A program made the translations under genes and the position numbers. This document shows, piece after piece, positions 19,701 through 31,350 of a stretch of DNA of 64,000 nucleotides. Source of the stretch: Azolla caroliniana (Eukaryota; Plantae; Polypodiophyta); contig JBHGNT010000112.1 in NCBI GenBank assembly GCA_043228905.1, positions 1 through 64,000 of the forward strand, in the 5' to 3' direction. Positions within the stretch are counted from its first letter, which is position 1. Every line of letters starts with the position of its first letter. The notes beneath the pieces were generated by a model that searched no databases, had not been told where the DNA came from, and worked only from the letters and a program-made list of their open reading frames with translations.

Positions 19701-22251
19701 ATTCCGTAGTCGAGATATTATCTTCATGGAGGACAAGACGCTCGCCAACTGGGAGTCGGAGAAGAAGATAATGAACTCCGAGTCAACCGGTAAGGATAGA
19801 CTCTACGATGACCAGACCCAACCAGCAAGAGACCGGTTAGCACTCGAGGAACCAGCCGGTTACGGTGAGGATACCGAACCGGCAGAAGAAGAATAGAGGA
19901 AGCTGAGACCGGAACCGGCCTAGACCCCGAATCAGATTCGGATGAAGAGAAAATGGAGGAGCCGGCTACCGAAGCCCAAAGACGGAGATATCCTCTCAGA
20001 GAGAGAAGGGCCCCCCGGAGATTTCCGGATTCAGAGCATGTGCTGCTGACCGATGAGGGGGAGCCGAAAAGCTTCGAAGAAGCGAAGGATGACACCCACA
20101 ATGGAAAATGGTTAAGTGCCATGTAGGACGAGATGGATTCCCTGCATGAGAACCATACGTACGAATTGGTGGAGTTGCCGAAAGGAAAGCGGGCACTCCG
20201 TAACAAGTGGGTGTACAAGTTGAAACCGGGAGATGCCGGCAACCCGCTGAGATACAAAGCCAGGATCGTGGTGAAGGGGTTCCAGTAGAGGAAGGGCGTG
20301 GACTTCGACGAGATATTGTCCCCGGTAGTAAAGATGACCTCCATCCGGACGGTGTTGAGTATAGCGGCAAGCATGGACCTTGAGGTAGAGCAGCTGGACA
20401 TGAAGACGACATTCCTTCACGGCGACCTCGAAGAGGAGATCTACATGCAGAAACCGGAAGGATTTGTGGAGAAAGGGAAGGAGCACCTGGTATGCCGGCT
20501 GAAGAAGAGCCTGTACGGACAAAAGCAGGCTCCCCGACAATGGTACCGGAAGTTCGATTCCTTCATGACTGATCAAGGGTACCACAAGACGCAGGCCGAT
20601 CACTACGTGTTTGTGAAGAAGTTCGAAGGAGGCGACTTCTTGATACTCCTCCTGTACGTGGATGACATGTTGATCGTCGGACGTGACCAAGTCAAAATAT
20701 GGATGCTGAAGAAGGCTCTCAACCGGACCTTCTCAATGAAAGACTTGGGTCCGGCAAGACAAATGTTGGGGATGCACATCATTCGGGACCGGTCAAAGAA
20801 GCAATTATGGCTGTCACAGGAGAAGTACGTGACAAAGGTGCTTCACTGGTTCAACATGTCAGAAGCGAAACCGGTCGGATCGACACTTCCGGAAAACTGT
20901 AGGCTATCCGATAAGCAAAGCCCGAAGACGAAAGCAGAGAAGGCGGATATGATGAAGATTCCATATGCCTCTACCGTCGGGAGCTTGATGTACGCAATGG
21001 TGTGTAGCCGACCAGATATAGGATACGCAGTCGGAGTGGTGAGCCGGTTTATGAGCAATCTCGGCAAGGAGCAGTGGAACGCTGTCAAATGGATACTCCG
21101 GTATTTGAAGGGCACTTCAAATATGTGTCTCCAATTCGGCTCCGGAAAACCTCAACTAGACGGTTTCACCGATTCAGACATGTCGGCTGATGTGGATACC
21201 AGCCGGTCTACATCCGGGTATGTAATGACATATGCAGGGGGAGCTGTTTCGTGGCAGTCGAGGCTACAAAAGACGGTTGTGTTGTCAACCATAGAGGCGG
21301 AGTACATGGCGGTTGTGGAAGCCGACAAGGAAATATTATAGATGAAGGACTTCATCGGAGAGCTCGGTATCCGGCAAGAGGAATACCAACTCTATTGCGA
21401 CAGTCAAAGTGCCATCCACCTTGCAAAGAATGCGGCCTACCATTCCCGGACGAAGCATATCCAGCGAAGATATCACACGACCAGGAGTTCGCACTAATGA
21501 AGATCCACACGACCGAGAATGGGTCAGATATGCTGACCAAAGTGCTGACACCCGACAAGCTAGACACATGCCGGAAGAGGATCGAAGTAGTAAGACACCC
21601 CATGCCGGAGTGAAGGGGGAGTTTGTTGGGAGACAAGTCCCTCCGGATGGTGCAGACCCGGTGAAGACCGGATGAGGAGTACCCGGCTACGGAGAGACGG
21701 ATGGCGCAGACCCGGTGAGAACCGGATGAGGAGTACCCGGCTACGGAGAGCCGGATGACGCAGACCCGGGGAGAACCGGATGAAGAGACATATTCTTAAA
21801 TATGTTTCAGAGAGTCCATCGAAGCTATATTTGTAAATAGCCGAAAAGTCATATTAGTATAAATATGACTTAGGGCAAACTTTTATGTGGTTATTGTTGT
21901 CATTTTCTTGTTGGTGCAAGAAGAAGAGAGAGCACGTAACAGTGTACAGAGAGAGAGAGAGAGAGAGAGAGAAAGAGGTCGATGCCTCTGTTGTTACCGC
22001 CGCCTGTGGCGAAGATCGTGAGCACGAGGTCGTTACCTCCGTGAACTCACTGTTTTGTACATTCCAACATAGTGATAGTTTGCAGCCTGTGGGCTGCCGT
22101 GGTTTTTCCCTCAGTTTGGGTTTTCCACGTAAACATCCTGTGTACCTTTTCTTCTCCTTTGTCGCGTGGTTTCCGTTTCTTGTTTTCTGTGTATGAAAAG
22201 AATCTCGGTTGTGGCCGAGCGTTGGACATAAGGAGCGTTGAGTTCCCGTCA
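16723..22251 (+). mobile_element. Full-length Ty1/copia LTR retrotransposon, coding region disabled
   Basis: LTRs TG...CA at 16723-17557 and 21624-22251; TSD GATAC (16718-16722 / 22252-22256); PBS TGGTATCAGAGC 17560-17571; PPT GAAGGGGGAG ~21612-21621. Gag (CFYCGKPRHFQKNC), INT, RT (YVDDML) and RNase H are present with several stops. Confidence 0.97.
16745..17095 (+). repeat. 54-bp tandem repeats in LTR U3 (6 copies in the 5' LTR, 2 in the 3' LTR)
   Basis: TGAGGAGTAC recurs at 16772, 16825, 16879, 16933, 16987 and 17041, versus only 21673 and 21727. Confidence 0.9.
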
Positions 22252-22939
22252 GATACGACACATAGAATTGAGTCATTTAGTCCCTCTTCATAACTTGTCA
22301 ATGAAATAGCCTGATAAATTTGGTAGTTAATTGTTTAAAAGAATCAAACTCACCCGCCTCATGCTATGAGTACCAATTCACCAACTGCCCATCGAGCGAT
22401 AATCCGAATTCTGCTATCTTAGATTTGTTGGCATCTGCTTCCGACAATCGTTGGCATACATGGTTTGCCTACCATGTCGTTGGAAAAGCGCATATATGTG
22501 CCTCCCCGTCGGCTTCATCATTATAATTAGGATATGGATACATCATTGTATCCTCCTCCCAAACTTCGACTAAGTATTCCTAATCGAATTTTTCCTCGTC
22601 TAAACTATGGTCAGTAGTTAAATCGGGAAGTACTATGAACTCCCCCTTTGGCTTCTTGCTGGATTTGTTCAGCAAACTCTGAACTGTTGGAATTACCTTA
22701 TGTGACGTGTTTTTCATATCATTATTTCTGCTTTTTCATACAATAAAGCTCTCTTTGTGAGCTTTCTTACAAATCTTTTCTTTTGGAATTTGATATGAGA
22801 TGAAGAAGTTATGAGCTTTTTCCTGTACCTTGCTTTTTCTACGTTCTTTTTCTTTTTCTTTTTTCTTGGTTTTTCTATTTTTGAAAAATGCCTCTAACTT
22901 TATATCCCTTCAAGTTCCTTCCTCTATTAATACTTGATC

Positions 22940-23380
22940 CTTACTTCTCTCTTTCCCTCACACATAACCCCCTTGGGAGGGGGGTGAAGCCATTCTAGGC
23001 TTCACCCCCCCACCCCAACAACACCGCACCCTGCCAAACCCTTCCCCTCCCCGCCCCACCCACCTAGGCGAAACGACAATGAGCTTTATAGTTAGCTCAG
23101 GAAGAATGGCAAATCAGTGCGATAGTCAGAACAATTATGAATGGGATTACTCGCCCCGACAAGATAGTAATAATCAACGACCTTATAGGGGTGGTTGATA
23201 TCAAGATAATAGAAGGTCCAATAATCGTAGAAGTAATGAAGACAACCGACCATCAAATCAACGATTCAATGATAACCGAAAGTCGAAAGGATCTCGACAG
23301 TTCTAGCACGATTCTAGAATTAGAGATAACTCTGAATCTCAATATGCTCGCCAACCTCAGTATGAAACCAGACTCCTAAC
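22940..23380 (+). mobile_element. LTR 3'-end fragment related to the 34636/37715 LTRs, followed by a gag-like low-complexity region
   Basis: TTTCCCTCACAC.TAACCCCCTTGGGAGGGGGGTG..GC.ATTCTAGGCTTCACCCCC is shared with ~34925-34985 and ~37648-37705. Confidence 0.6.
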
Positions 23381-23389
23381 ATATTCCTG

Positions 23390-25790
23390 GGGTACTTGGA
23401 GGATGAATTTGCCTACAGGTTTTGGGACATACTCAACAAGAAGGTGGTGAGAAGTCGGGACATGATGTTCTTGGAAGACAAGACAATCGAGGATTGGAAA
23501 CAGCAGAAGTCGGAACCGGCTTCTGAATCGACTCCCACTACTATCGACTCAGGATTGATCGACTCAACACAGTCAACTATTAGGAGACATCCAGTCGACA
23601 CAACCGAATCCGAGTTGGTCAACTTGGAGCAACTGACAAATATAAATGAATCGAAGTCCTCTGACCTTCAGAAGTCAATTAAGGCATACGAGTCGGAGTC
23701 AGTCGACCTTCAACAACCGATCGGCATATATGAACATGGGCCGAGTGAAGAGTCGGTAGAGACATCTGAATCGGAGCCAATAATGGGAAGTGGAAGACGT
23801 CCGAACCCTCACAATATGCCAGTCAATATGTTTTATTGACTAATGAAGATGAGCCGGAATGCTACGAGGAGGCCATGGAAGAAGAGCGCAAGGAGAAATG
23901 GTAGAGTGCAATGCAACACGAGATAGATTCCTTACATGAGAACTACACTTACGAGTTGGTGGAACTACCAAAAGGTAAGAGAGCGTTGAGAAACGAATGG
24001 ATTTTCATGCTGAAAAATGGGGAAAATGGCTGCTCACCTAGATACAAGGCCCGAATCATAGTAAAGGGGGGTTTTAGTAGAAGAAAGGGGTCGATTTTGA
24101 TGAGATCTTTGCACCCACCATACAGATGGTACAAGATCCACACCAATGGTACAACAAGTTCAAATCCTTCATGTTGGAACATGCGTTCCATAAAACACAA
24201 GCTGATCATTGTGTGTTTGTCAAAAGTTTTGATGAAGGCGATTTCTTGATTCTCTTGCTATATGTTGACGACATGTTAGTGGTCGGACAAGACACCAAGA
24301 AGATTGCGAACTTGAAGAAAGCATTCGGCAAGTCGACCATAAAAGATCTTGGACCGACAAAGAAAATATTGGGGATGCACATAGTTTGTGACAGAACTAA
24401 GAACACATTGTGGTTGTCACAACAGAAGCATGTGACAAAGATCTTGGAAAGATTCAACATGTCAAAAGCAAAACCAGTCAGGTCTATGTTGCCGATTAAT
24501 TGCAAGTTCAATGCTAGGCAATGTCCAAAATGGGAGAAGGACAAGGCCAAGATGAGAAAAGTAGCATATCCCACGGTCGTCGGTAGTTTAATGTATGTTA
24601 CGGTCTATACGAGACCATACATAGATTTGCAGTCGGAACCATGAGACGATATATGAGTAATCCGGGTCGAGAGCACTGGGAGTGGTCAAGTGGATACTCA
24701 TGTACTTGAAAGGCACCTCAAGGGTAAACCTATCCTCGAAGGTGTTACGGATTCAGACATGTCGGGGGATGTAGACTCAAGCTAATCCACATTAGGTTAT
24801 GTGATGACCTATGCAGGGGGAGGTGTCGTGGCAATCAAGATTACAAAATATTGTGGCTTTGTTGACCACAAAGGCAGCATATATGGTTGTTGTAGAGGCT
24901 GGTAAGGAGCTAATATGGATGAGGAGTTTTCTCAGTGATCTGGGAATGAAGCAAGGAGAATTCATGCTCCGTTGTGATAGTCAGAGTGCCATACATCTAG
25001 CCAAGAATGCGTCACTCTTGGACCAAGCATATTCAGAGAAGGTGGATGGAGGAGAGTTTACTCTTGCGAAGCTCCATACTGATGATATTGAATCCTACAT
25101 GCTTATGAAACCACTACTTATGGACAGACTCAAAGTCTATTGACAGAAGACAGGACAAGCCAACTCTACCTGTAAGGAGTGAAGGGAAAGTTTGCTAGTA
25201 ATTTGTCCCTCCTATGGGAGATGTCGACAATCAAAGTCAAGCAAGAAGTCAACAGTCGAATCGACAAGCTGAATGCAAGATGGTCGATCGAATTGTCTAA
25301 TGAGCCGACAGGGTGGTCGACTCGTTTGAAGGAGATCGAGAGTCAACTATGATAGTAGACTACATTGGACAGATGCCGACAAGTCGGGCCGATTAATTAT
25401 TATTATATATATTATAATAATATTAACATATCCCTCCTATAAATATGAATAGCTTGGGCAAACTTATTAGTAATGATGTGTATAGAGCTTCTGTAGTCGA
25501 GAGTAGAAGTTAGTGGAGCAAAGAGTAAGAAGAGACGCGCGCGAGAGAGGCATAGTTTAGTGGAACTAGCCCAAACCCTAAGCGGGTATTCTTTGTTTAG
25601 TAGAGATTTGTAATCTATTTTTCTATTTGTACCTCTATTCATAGTGAAGATCTGTTGCCCATGATTTTCCCTTGTTTTAGGGTTTCCACGTAAATCCTGT
25701 GTATCTTGTTTCTTGTTTTCTATTTTGTACATTTTCAGTCTATCTTTCTTGTCTATCTACGGTCCAAATCTTAAGATTCACATTTCAAAA
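23390..25790 (+). mobile_element. Degenerate Ty1/copia 3' half (end of INT, RT, RNase H, PPT, 3' LTR)
   Basis: ORFs read VVRSRDMMFLED, YKARIIVKG, LLLYVDDML, VSWQSRLQ and CDSQSAIHLAKN. PPT-like GAAGGGAAAG near 25181. The LTR end is approximate. Confidence 0.85.
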
Positions 25791-26117
25791 CAGTACTAAG
25801 TTGTAACATAAGAATCCTTAACATGACAATGTCTAGTGATGGACATGATAACACAATACAAAGTTGTTAGTAAGAATACTAAAACATTTAGTGAGTAGAC
25901 AATTAGTACAGATGCAAAATGGAGTACAGTACTAAGATGTTAACTTCGAACACTAGAAGTAGGAGAATTACTAATTGTATTTTATACAAACATTTTTATG
26001 AGTGTTCATAGAATATTCTAGTAGTGGTAGAAAACTAATGCAATAGGTAATGAATTATGAAGTATTACTACACTAGACATTGCTTTATAAGTACTAAACA
26101 TAGGGATTAAAATTCAC

Positions 26118-26445
26118 CTTGCAATGAAGTAGAATGACCTTGCCGCCTTAAACTACGAGGCAACACCATCACACCAAACCCAACAGTGATTGAAGTTAAC
26201 ACCTAGGGACAATAAATCTGCATGGTGAAGCTTAAAAAAATGTTGAACAAATAGCGTATCATGCATTTTATCATCCGAAATGTAGAATATTGATTTCTTA
26301 TGTAACTCACCATCTTGTCTGTAGTAGCAAATATGTACAAGTATTGTACATTGGTCATTGTACCAATGCATTGATTGAAGCTCATTTTGAACTTTAAACG
26401 CATAATTCTATGCAAAGTCAATAACGGATACCATAACATCTGGTG
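26118..26445 (-). pseudogene. Exon of a second, different DNA-transposase family (DFAxNY...QSxHW...SDDxxHD...WxDGxxxxFK; Sola2-like)
   Basis: Minus strand reads VSVIDFA*NYAFKVQNELQSMHWYNDQCTILVH...ISDDKMHDTLFVQHFF...WVWCDGVAS*FKAARSF, ending at a GTGAAT donor near 26117. Confidence 0.65.
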
Positions 26446-28824
26446 GTAAGTTATTTATACATTCCTTGATCTGTGAATTTTGCCAATAACTTCTAAAGTT
26501 ATGCGGAATGAACTCCCCCGAGTTGCTTCTTAAACTCTAAGATAAGGGTATTTCCTTGATACACTTACTAACGAGTCCCTTCACTATATTTTCTGTCACA
26601 TACTCCTAATATTTCCATTTCACAATATGACTGTTTTGCACATTAACCTCATGTCTACAAAATAACAGTTGAGGGATAAATAATGTGCCATTATTGTAAA
26701 ATGATTGTATATTTCCGTTTTAACCGAAACGAATAAAGGGAGGGGGGGGGCATGCAAAACTATTGAAAGCTCTTTTGCATGTAGACAACGCAGTCCAAGG
26801 AAGCCAATAACTACTCGTTCACACTTGTGGAAATGGCTCGAAGAATGTTGGTTAAAGATCTCCCTCGTCAAACTTCACAAAAGGAAGGCTTGAGTGTGTT
26901 GGTTAAAGATCTCCCTTGACAATATTGTTTCCACCAACCATAGCACTGCCACTGCCCACCTAGAACGACCAAGCAGTGGCACAAACATAAGTCTCTGGTT
27001 GAAAGAAATTTCTTGGAGAACTTCAGACTAGTGAGTGGCAAGACGAAGAAAGTGAGTGGCCTCAAAAAACCGCACCCTCCACTCCTTCAAAATCGGCATC
27101 CACCACCAACACCACAAAGGGTCGATAGATGGAGTTTGTGGAGCCAGACCTGCCCTGAGCCCCAAACCAAAACACCATTGTTTGGAGCGAAAAAACGGCC
27201 AAGACCTGGTGAAAGACGGAGCCACAAAGCCGGCTAGAGAGGCACCGATCGAGTCGTCGGCAACAATTGTTCCAAACACAACAAAAGGAACCACACTTAC
27301 CGGGAAGCTGGAATAGGGGTAAGGATCCTTAATTCAGGAAAATGAAGTCCTTGCTTTATCGGGAGATCTCGGTGTTAGCGCATGAATTCGTGGCTATCTT
27401 ACAGTTCGACACGACATTCTAACTAGTCGAATTCCTCACTACACAACAAGTCGCCACTGTCAGGCACATGGTCGAAGAACACGCAGAGTGCCAAATGATC
27501 CAGCGTGCCATTGCTACATTAATAAAGCAAGAAGAGAAGAATTTCTTGAGCAAGATCGGCGGGTAACGGCATGCAGACAGAGCCCACACGGCAGTTGAAT
27601 TGTCAACACTACACATGGCCTTGGTCAAAGTGCACCAAGGGTTGGCTTAGGTGCGACTCAGAGCAAAGGACATGGCATACAAGAATAAGCAAGTGAGACG
27701 AATGGAGAAGGCGCACAAGCGGCAGATATAGGAGTTGCAAGAAGGTAACTACAACTACAAAATGCCGCAGAATGTTCCTCCATTAATGTCTATCGGGCAT
27801 GACGCGAGGAGGTTGAGCCCCAACAAGCAATAATGGCCAAAGCAAAGAAATAAATGGTGTTGGTGGAAGCAGACATCGAGCAGTTCCAGTCCGAACTTTC
27901 AACAATCCTTGAATCGCGAGAAAGGTGTTCGGGCCACAGCCCCAAAAAATGCGAACTCCCTCCAGGACAAGCTCGACACGTTCATGATCACGCACAATCG
28001 AACCCTAACAGGCCTCGACAAACGAAAGCACCACACACGCGGAGCAGACAATCAATGAACTTTGCGAGGCGAAATCAAAGCAGAAGGAGTGGTACAAAGA
28101 GCATATGGCAATTGAGAATAAGTTGGCAGAGGAAATCCAATTTTGCGTGCGGATGGAAATGGCTCAGATGGAGGAGATGTACACCAAGGAATTGGACATC
28201 CTACGAACGAATATGCGCCTCATCTAGGACCGGTACACATTACAATCAAGACACGCCGCAAGCAAAATAATGCAACTTGAAGCAACCATCGAGCATATGT
28301 GCACGAAGACGGAAATGTTGGAGGAGAGGATCCGAACACTACTCGAAACGAGGAAAGACAATGCCCTCCAGATGATATCCAACAGGCTACAACGAGGTTG
28401 GGACGACTAGTCCGAACAAGCTGCCGAACTCCAGATATTTCGGGTGAAAAAGGAAAATTGCAAGAAAAAAGGTTACGGGTTCTATAAGCTTGAAGAAGAG
28501 AGTGTCAGCATGCTCAGGGCACAACACTTCGCAGGAACAGCGCAGCTTCCGGAAAAATTCGGTGAAGATCAAATCGACTTCGCACTCGAAATGGAAGCAT
28601 ACGCGTTGTCGCGAAAATACGACAAGGACATGTGAACTTGAGGCAAGACCCCGGGGCCTCCGACTAGAGGATATCACATTCGTGCTTTTATATTTTTACC
28701 AATTAACGGAAATAAGGAATTTAATAATTTTCATTAACGAAGGAAAAGAAATTACAATATGTCCCAAGATTGAGATTCAGAAGTGTTAGGTTTACTGAGA
28801 TTAATAGAAAAGAAAAATAAGGGG

Positions 28825-29320
28825 TTTTGAGAGATATGGCTTCTGTAGGGGAAATTAGGGTTTTTGAGTGTTATGGCTTCCGTAGGGAAAATTAGGATTA
28901 GGTTATACGAGAGACATGGCTTCCGTAGGGAAAATTAGGATTAGGTTATACAAGAGATATGGCTTCCGTAGGAAAAATTAGGGTTTTTGAGTGTTATGGC
29001 TTCCGTAGGGAAAATTAGGGTTTTTGAGTGTCATGGCTTCGATAAGATAAGGGAGCTAAGAAGGAAAAGAAAATAAAAATGGAGAGAGGGGTTTTGAGAG
29101 ATATGGCTTCCGTAGGGGAAATTAGGGTTTTTGAGTGTTATGGCTTCCGTAGGGAAAATTACTATTAGGTTATACGAGAGACATGGCTTCTGTAGGGAAA
29201 ATTAGGATTAGGTTATACAAGAGATATGGCTTCCGTAGGGAAAATTAGGGTTTTTGAGTGTTATGGCTTCAATAAGATAAGGGAGCTAAGAAGGAAAAGA
29301 AAATAAAAATGGAGAGAGGA
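28825..29320. repeat. Minisatellite ATGGCTTCCGTAGGGAAAATTAG (37/43-bp units) in two higher-order blocks (~267-bp offset)
   Basis: Units near 28836, 28873, 28916, 28959, 28996, 29033, then 29103, 29140, 29183, 29226, 29263. Both blocks end in ATAAGATAAGGGAGCTAAGAAGGAAAAG. Confidence 0.9.
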
Positions 29321-29599
29321 TGAGTCTAGGAAATATATATATATATATATATATGGAGTTCTCCGTTGATCATAGCCTTCAATGTTACTTTGCATTCCCA
29401 CTTTTAGTTGCATGGCCTCTACTTTTAGTTACATCCATTTTTAGTTGCATGACCTCTACTTTTAGTTGCATCCATTTTTCGTTGCATGGCTTTTTCTTTT
29501 AGTTGCATGCGACCGTCCACATGGCCTTTACTTTAGTTTTCTTTACTTTACTTTAATTTGCCGCATGATCCAATAATCCGTAAAGTTTAGCCCATGCTA

Positions 29600-30260
29600 T
29601 GATCCGTTCGGTCCGCCTCCGTCCAGTCCGGTTCCGGTTCTGTCACCGTCCGGTTCCGGTTCGATCGCCAGTTCCATCTAGTTGCCGGCACCGTCTGATC
29701 TCCGGTTGTCGAATCCGCCCAGTCTCCGGCTACCGAATCCATCCGGTCACCGATTGTCGGATCCGTCCAGTTCGGTTCCGATTCTGTCGTCGTCCGATTC
29801 CGATTCGATTGCAGGTTCCATCCGGTCGTCGACTTCGTCCGGTTTCCAGTAGTTGGATCCGCCCGGTCTCTAGTTGCCGGATCCGTCCGGTTGCCGGCTC
29901 CGTCCGGTTTCCAATTGCCAAATCCAGCCAGTCGTCGGTTGCTGGATTCGTCCGGTCATCGGCTCCGTCCGGTTTCCGGTTGCTAAATCTGTTCGGTCGC
30001 TAGTTTCCGGATCTCGTTCGGTTGCCAGTTGCGAGATCCTTCTAGTTTCCGGTTGCCGAATCCACTCGATCACCGGTTTTTGGATCCCGACTGGTTTCTA
30101 GTTACCAAATCCATCCGGTTTCCGGTTGCCGACTTTGCCCGGTCACCGGTTGTACACTGGTTCCATCTAGTTGCCGGCTCCATCCGGTTTTCGGTACTAT
30201 CACCGACCAGTTTGAGTTCCTTCACCAGCCGGTTCGAGCAACTTAGCCACTTCCAGCGAC
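29600..30260. repeat. Degenerate CCGG/TCCG-rich short-repeat tract
   Basis: Dense CCGGTT, ATCCGTCC and GTTGCCG motifs giving low-complexity R/P/V-rich ORFs. Confidence 0.75.
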
Positions 30261-30569
30261 TTAGCCACATTTGTCCTTCTAGACAAAAGTGGCCCAAGCA
30301 CAACTATTTCTTTTGTGCTCTTAACACATAGATGAAAAATGATGGTTCTCAATCTGCTTATATAGTTGTCTCCCAAAGTTTCCTATCTATGTGGGATACT
30401 TCAAAATTCTATTTTCCTTAACTTCTCAACTTCATGTCCACATAACTTGATATGTAGTTGTCCATTTTATATGTAGAAAAATGCGTTATAAAGCTCTTGA
30501 ATATATCTATCTTCTCATATCAATCCATTAAGCTAATCTTAAATACTTATTTTACTAGTTTTCATATCG

Positions 30570-31350
30570 TGTGTGAGAAACCACACGATAACGTGGATGC
30601 GGAAAAGGAGCAGACCTCTACTACAGAGTCAGAAATCATCCCGCTCCTCGATAGTGAATCAAATGAACAATCGTCGGATGTCCTTCATCCCACCAAGCCC
30701 GCACCAACCCTCGATGCGGAAATTACAGATCAGCTATTAGCCAAAGAAATTCCGGGGATGACCGAGCAACCGACGCAGCTTACGACCCCTCCCGAGCCAC
30801 AACCCCACATGTCTCCGCCGGAAAATGAACGGATTGAAGAAATCGATGAGCCGGATCCAACCCAGACCCCAAACCAACAGCGCGAACCGGAATCGACTTC
30901 GACAGAGCCGAACATCCCATAGGCGTGGGTTCGGCTGTGCATGCACTATCCCATAGGCGTGCCATGTGTTGGCCGAGTTAGAAGACCAAGTGTGGAAGGG
31001 GTGGAAAATGGCTACGAGTCGAATTGGTAATGAGTAGGTCCGAGCGACGCAATAAAGAAGCAAGAGTAGGAAATAGTGAATAGAAAAATAGTAAAGTATT
31101 GAATATGCAGTAATGGTTCATGCATAGTCGTAATCGTGCATGACCTCTATAAAAAGGGCCATGGAAAGCTTGTAAACGTTAATCGAACTTTTCTGTATCA
31201 TTGCGCCGATAATAGAATTTTGTTTACTCCTTATACTCTATGTAAGAAACTGTGTTGCAATTTCTCTATGTCGAGTCTTTACGTTTTGAGTAAACGTTGT
31301 TTAACCAATCAGTTGTAGCCGGTGTGGTCATCTCCATAATCGCACAGTCA
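30570..31350 (+). mobile_element. Probable solo LTR or LTR-like segment
   Basis: Starts TGTG..., TATA-like CTATAAAAAG near 31147, ends near ...CAGTCA. No partner LTR in the window. Confidence 0.35.

Larger units (their letters stand above)
14493..22700 (-). mobile_element. Degenerate Ty3/gypsy gag-protease-start of RT, split by the Copia insertion at 16723-22251
   Basis: Protease IVDGGSRVNVI (15192-15419); YRDVFAWSFKDMKGLDP near 14540-14600; Cys/His knuckle-like ORFs 16110-16451. Gag sequence continues across the GATAC TSD. Confidence 0.8.
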
